From IMG/VR virus record IMGVR_UViG_3300030090_004814, positions 1-60,507 of that record: DNA of 60,507 nt. One strand, 5' to 3'. A program made the position numbers and the translations under genes. The notes under the pieces were generated by a model, which was not told the DNA's origin, searched no databases, and was given only the letters and a program-made list of their open reading frames with translations. The DNA is from a virus (lineage: Duplodnaviria > Caudoviricetes). Positions 56,514 through 60,507 of the stretch are shown piece after piece. Numbering within the stretch: the first letter of the stretch is position 1; every line of letters begins with the position of its first letter.

Positions 56514-56744
56514 TTATTTTTGATTACCTATAATTATAGCACGTCTGTAGGAATAATCACTGTGAAACTTCTGCCCACGACCCATGAGGTTGCCTTCTTT
56601 GAAAGGATAGTCATACCCTTTTATAAGGGTTATTGTAGCAGGATCATAAAGATTGCTTTCGTTCAAGCTGGAGTCTCCTGCTAAGTCTCTCAAGGCGCAG
56701 CTTGGCAGCAGGGCTACCATCAGCAGCAAGGCGATCAGCTTCAT
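56514..56744 (-). CDS. Lipoprotein, putative o-spanin (Rz1-like)
   Basis: MKLIALLLMVALLPSC lipobox; overlaps upstream ORF in another frame. Confidence 0.6.
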   Translation of the reverse strand: MKLIALLLMVALLPSCALRDLAGDSSLNESNLYDPATITLIKGYDYPFKEGNLMGRGQKFHSDYSYRRAIIIGNQK

Positions 56745-56835
56745 CTTCAAGGTCATAAATATGTTTCCTATGTTTATATTTAGTGTATGCAGCGTATGAA
56801 CTCAAAGCTGACTTTATAATACTTATGAAGGTCAC
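56644..56835 (-). CDS. Putative i-spanin (Rz-like)
   Basis: Weakly hydrophobic N-terminus plus coiled coil, overlapping lipoprotein gene. Confidence 0.45.
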   Translation of the reverse strand: MTFISIIKSALSSYAAYTKYKHRKHIYDLEDEADRLAADGSPAAKLRLERLSRRLQLERKQSL

Positions 56836-56939
56836 TTCTTATTCTTTTTATTTCTATAAGCTTTTCTTAGGACAGAATTTTTAGAATTCTTTTTTTTAGA
56901 AGCCTTCTTTTCTTTTCCGTAAGATTTCCCGTACTTCAT
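56832..56939 (-). CDS. 35-aa Lys-rich peptide
   Basis: MKYGKSYGKEKKASKKK...; coupled at both ends (ATGA, GTGA). Confidence 0.5.
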   Translation of the reverse strand: MKYGKSYGKEKKASKKKNSKNSVLRKAYRNKKNKK

Positions 56940-57100
56940 TTCTTTTTAGATAAAATTGACCATATAACACCCACGAGAGTGACTGCTGCTGATACGCCCG
57001 TAGTTACTTCTTCACCAGAAGCTAACCCATTCTGAGTCATGAATCCTCCCCCGAAAGTAAGGATATGACGTATGATTCCTAAGATTGCTTGTTTATTCAT
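56936..57100 (-). CDS. Putative holin (54 aa, 2 TM)
   Basis: MNKQAILGIIRHILTFGGG...VGVIWSILSKKK; in lysis cluster. Confidence 0.7.
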   Translation of the reverse strand: MNKQAILGIIRHILTFGGGFMTQNGLASGEEVTTGVSAAVTLVGVIWSILSKKK

Positions 57101-57270
57101 TTTTTCTTTTTTATTAAATTATATAAGGTAATGATAGCTACCGTAATACCTAAGAGTCCTCCAACGACTTGTATACCCCATTGGATGACCTCTGCGTATG
57201 GTATTGTAACTGCTATTAAAGAGCCAGTTACCCCTGTAACTCCTTTAGCTATTATTTCACTATTGCTCAT
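57097..57270 (-). CDS. Small 2-TM protein (holin/antiholin-like)
   Basis: Start MSNSEII; two hydrophobic helices with a basic tail. Confidence 0.6.
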   Translation of the reverse strand: MSNSEIIAKGVTGVTGSLIAVTIPYAEVIQWGIQVVGGLLGITVAIITLYNLIKKKK

Positions 57271-57279
57271 GAAGCTAAA

Positions 57280-57307
57280 AATATAGCATATTTGTAGCCT
57301 CAATCAA
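57280..57307 (-). promoter_or_regulatory. sigma70-like promoter for lysis cluster
   Basis: TTGATT-16-TATATT. Confidence 0.5.
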
Positions 57308-57323
57308 GGTGCTGAAAACCCTA

Positions 57324-57605
57324 TTAATCAGGCAAAACTATGTCTTCGGTAGGCTCTTCTACCTTCATAGTTTCTTGGAACTCAGTAAGACCTTCCTTCT
57401 CTGTAGGTACTGTGTGGCTATCATTTACATCACTGATAGTCCACCAGCCCTTTTCTCGAAGTTTTAGGTAGTCCCCATACTCATGACAAACTCTTTTGTC
57501 AGTATGCTCAGTAGCATACCCATTTGCATCAGTACTTCGTTGAGGCACTGGATTATACATCCAGTGCGACTTGAAGTCCTCTTCGGATAGATCTAAGTCA
57601 GGCAT
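57324..57605 (-). CDS. Hypothetical protein
   Basis: 93 aa; HWMYNP...H..Y.KL.EKGW echoes HMMYDP...H.ELKKKGY of 13921-14109. Confidence 0.6.
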   Translation of the reverse strand: MPDLDLSEEDFKSHWMYNPVPQRSTDANGYATEHTDKRVCHEYGDYLKLREKGWWTISDVNDSHTVPTEKEGLTEFQETMKVEEPTEDIVLPD

Positions 57606-57805
57606 TACTCTGACTCTTCTTCTTCTTTAGCCTCTTCAGGAGCAGGTTTAGGTGGCTCTTCTCCAGTTTGTTTAGCAATTTCTTTTGCTACAACGACAAG
57701 AGCTTCTGCACCATTCAACCCGACTTGCTTAGTAGTAATATCGAGTGCTTGATAGATTACTTGTATGAATCCTTTGGGAATTTCTAATGTAACTTTTTCT
57801 TCCAT
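57605..57805 (-). CDS. Small protein downstream of fibre (possible chaperone)
   Basis: ALD...K..GL..AE pattern; own promoter TTGAAC-16-TATTCT at 57815-57842. Confidence 0.55.
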   Translation of the reverse strand: MEEKVTLEIPKGFIQVIYQALDITTKQVGLNGAEALVVVAKEIAKQTGEEPPKPAPEEAKEEEESE

Positions 57806-57851
57806 AATACTGTTAGAATAGCTAGTTTAGGGAGCTGTTCAAGTATTTTAT

Positions 57852-60507
57852 TTAAATAGTAGACCAATTAGTTCCATCACAAACAAGGGTTACTGAACCA
57901 TATCCTGAGTTAATAACTTTAGTAGCTGCTCCATCAATAGTCTGAGATCCTTGTGTAGCTATAGTAATGTTATGCATCGCTGCTTGACCATCTCTGTCTT
58001 TAATAATTAAGACTCGTCCAAGGTTACACTCAGAAGTGGCTATAGTCACTGTCCTTCCTGCACTCATGTTGTGCATCAAAATTATATGGTTAGCTGTGCC
58101 AACTGTGTAATCAGAATTGTTTGAAAGAACTGTATTATATTCAACACCTCTATGATGATGTACAATTTCACGGCCTCCATCCAAGGAAAGCATCATTGTA
58201 CTTGCTGCATAGAAAGTAAGATCAGAAGCAGATCCAAGAGCTTTGAATTGTATATCACCTGTCTGAGCTTGGATAGTTCCTATTGTACCATTATGCCCAA
58301 CAAGTAAATCATTGTCATCTCCGAAATAAGCATTGACGCCATCAACGTGTCGGGTATGTTTTAAAAATTTAGTTAAAACAAGTCCACCATCTAAACCAAA
58401 ATATTTGGTTGGACTTCCACTGCCGTCATCCGCATAAAATTCCAAATCAGCATCGGTTGCTGTTGCTTTAATAGCAAGATCTCCAGTTGCGTTTTGGATT
58501 GTACCAGTCGCACCGTTATGCGTTACCTGCATATCATTGTCAGTACCCAACTGAATCTGAACGCCATCAATCAGCCTTAACTCTTTACCAAAAAGAATAT
58601 TCCCTACGCTTCCGTCTAAGTAAAAGTACTCAGTTGTTCCACCAGACCCATCGTCACACTTAAAGACAATATCTTTATCGTTGGCATTTTGTTCGATAAC
58701 AAGATTGCCAGTCTGATTACGGATCTTTGAGTCCGTTCCATCGTGGTGCAGAGTCATGTCTGCGTCAGGACCGAAAGCTAAATATGAATCATCTGGGAAT
58801 ACTGTAAAAGGATCTCCTCCAGATAATGATCCGTCTAAGAAGAAATAGGTTTCTAAACCACCGCTGCCGTCATCGCATTGGAAAATGAGGTCTTTGTCAG
58901 TAGTGGCTTGCTGGATATAAAGATCTCCTGTTTGGTTGTAGAAGAAAGAGTTTGTTCCACTGTGGTAAATCTGCATATCAACACCATTACCAAAACCAAT
59001 TTTAGAATTGTCATACCAAAGAGTTAGTAAAGAAGTAGTAGCACTACCATCGTGAGTCGCCAATGATCCTTGCATATCAAAATATGCAGCAGTACCTCCT
59101 GCCCCATTATCACCAACAAATCTTATACGTTTATCATCAGCACTATTTTGAATATAAAGATCACCTGAAGTGTTTTCAATATAACTATTTGTTCCATTGT
59201 GATATAACCGCAAATCACTTCCAGTACCTAATTCAACACGGTCATTATCTGTCCATGTTGCTGTTCTATTAAAGACTGTTCCTCCGTAACTTCCATCTAA
59301 GTAGAAGTACGTAGTAACTCCGCCAGACCCATCATCGCATTTAAAATGAATGTCTTTATCATCCGAAGTATTTATAATTGCTAAATCACCTGTATTATTT
59401 TGGATGTTAGAATTAGTACCATCATGCCAAATTTGTAAGTCATGTCCTGCACCAAAAGCGGCATAAGCTCCATCATTAAAATGTGCAGTTGTAGAAAAGT
59501 TTACATTATTAGCACCTCCGTCTACACGGAAATACTCAGATACACCACCAGAACCGTCATCGCTTCTGAAAACAATGTCTGAATCATCGGCTGTATTTGT
59601 AATGTACAAATGACCTGTAATGTTTTCGATATATGAATTATCTGATACGTGTTTGATTATTAAATCCTCCCCATCGCCAAAAGTAGCGTGAATGTCATCA
59701 TCCCATTTTACCTTCCGCTTCATCCGAATAGAAGACTGACTGCTATCTAGTATTATATAGTCAACCGCAGTAGAGTTAGTTTCAGTAGAGGCTTGCAACC
59801 TAACATCAGCATTATCAACACTGTGGCTTATAATTAAAGCACCTGTTCCTACTTGTTGTATGTGGCTGTTTGAACCATCGTGATATAGTCGAAGGTCATT
59901 GGAATCTCCAAGCATTACATGACCACTATCGGCAAACTTTACTTGCCCTCCGCCCATAACAAGATTTCCAGTTAATGTGGCTCCTGTTGAAGATGTCTGG
60001 AACTTAGTAGCCCCATCGTACATTAAGAAGCAAGCACCGCCATCAGTAAACTGTGCTAGCGCATTACCATCAATGTCTTGAAAATAAATAGCAGGGCCAT
60101 TTGTTCTAAGATATAAACCACCATCACCGTTGTCATCTATCCTGCTACTACCACCACCGTGATAAATTTGAAGGTCACCACTATTACCAAAAGTAGCTTT
60201 TATAGTATCTGTAAATTTAACATCCTTATCAAATTGAGTTAATCCTGCCGAACCATCTATAGCAATGTATTGGGCTGAACCACCGCTTCCGTCATCGCAT
60301 GAGAAAATTATGTCACTATCATCTGCGTGTTGCTTAATCTCTAAATTACCAGTGTAGTTTTCAACGTAAGATACCGTACCATTATGTCTTAGCACCAAAT
60401 CTGCACTAGCACCCCACTGAGCATTTACATTATCGGCAAATCTAATTGCTTTAGATGCCCACATATATCCTGCGGAACCATCTAGTGTGAGGTAGGCAGT
60501 AACCCCT
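57852..60507 (-). CDS. Giant tail fibre/adhesin, C-terminal part
   Basis: Same DDGSGG repeats; C-terminal GR.LIIKD..G.A..NITI....SQTIDG.....YGSVTLVCDGTNW domain. Confidence 0.9.
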   Translation of the reverse strand, partial: GVTAYLTLDGSAGYMWASKAIRFADNVNAQWGASADLVLRHNGTVSYVENYTGNLEIKQHADDSDIIFSCDDGSGGSAQYIAIDGSAGLTQFDKDVKFTDTIKATFGNSGDLQIYHGGGSSRIDDNGDGGLYLRTNGPAIYFQDIDGNALAQFTDGGACFLMYDGATKFQTSSTGATLTGNLVMGGGQVKFADSGHVMLGDSNDLRLYHDGSNSHIQQVGTGALIISHSVDNADVRLQASTETNSTAVDYIILDSSQSSIRMKRKVKWDDDIHATFGDGEDLIIKHVSDNSYIENITGHLYITNTADDSDIVFRSDDGSGGVSEYFRVDGGANNVNFSTTAHFNDGAYAAFGAGHDLQIWHDGTNSNIQNNTGDLAIINTSDDKDIHFKCDDGSGGVTTYFYLDGSYGGTVFNRTATWTDNDRVELGTGSDLRLYHNGTNSYIENTSGDLYIQNSADDKRIRFVGDNGAGGTAAYFDMQGSLATHDGSATTSLLTLWYDNSKIGFGNGVDMQIYHSGTNSFFYNQTGDLYIQQATTDKDLIFQCDDGSGGLETYFFLDGSLSGGDPFTVFPDDSYLAFGPDADMTLHHDGTDSKIRNQTGNLVIEQNANDKDIVFKCDDGSGGTTEYFYLDGSVGNILFGKELRLIDGVQIQLGTDNDMQVTHNGATGTIQNATGDLAIKATATDADLEFYADDGSGSPTKYFGLDGGLVLTKFLKHTRHVDGVNAYFGDDNDLLVGHNGTIGTIQAQTGDIQFKALGSASDLTFYAASTMMLSLDGGREIVHHHRGVEYNTVLSNNSDYTVGTANHIILMHNMSAGRTVTIATSECNLGRVLIIKDRDGQAAMHNITIATQGSQTIDGAATKVINSGYGSVTLVCDGTNWSTI
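60421..60507. repeat. Terminal direct repeat, copy 2
   Basis: Identical to 1-87. Confidence 0.97.

Noticed and set aside
60421-60507. 87-bp terminal repeat as a biological DTR
   Set aside because: It lies inside the fibre ORF with the frame preserved, which is typical of an assembler circular overlap
1-60507. Stop-codon reassignment or introns/inteins
   Set aside because: Coding density is high under the standard code and PolA, TerL and helicase are uninterrupted and of normal size

Overview
This is a complete, circularly permuted dsDNA phage genome of about 60,420 bp; nt 1-87 repeat as 60421-60507, an assembly overlap. It is AT-rich and probably a podovirus-like aquatic phage. There are four transcription blocks. 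(1) Early genes on + at 20909-32069 (DUF932, YubB-like, GP88-like, DnaA-domain-IV-like HTH, C5 DNA methyltransferase). (2) Injected/core proteins and large terminase on - at 32166-44806. (3) Replication on + at 44840-53979 (TerS, RuvC-like, SF2 helicase, Cas4-like nuclease, SSB-like, PolA, primase-helicase). (4) Lysis, tail and head on - from 20171 down through the origin to 53969, including a ~2555-aa repeat-rich tail fibre that spans the contig junction. No integrase, RT, tRNA or CRISPR array was seen. The best leads are: a shared [SP]FxEAVxxx[FLI] peptide in the scaffold and several unrelated late proteins (possible capsid cargo-loading tag); a methyltransferase split across two overlapping frames with a 4-unit W[PG]T[PA] repeat array; a ~1.4-kb hairpin-dense non-coding region with + strand G-U pairing; a 63-bp bipartite element duplicated 22.7 kb apart; and a tandem motif in the capsid 5' leader. 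All family assignments come from motif recognition by eye, with no database searches.
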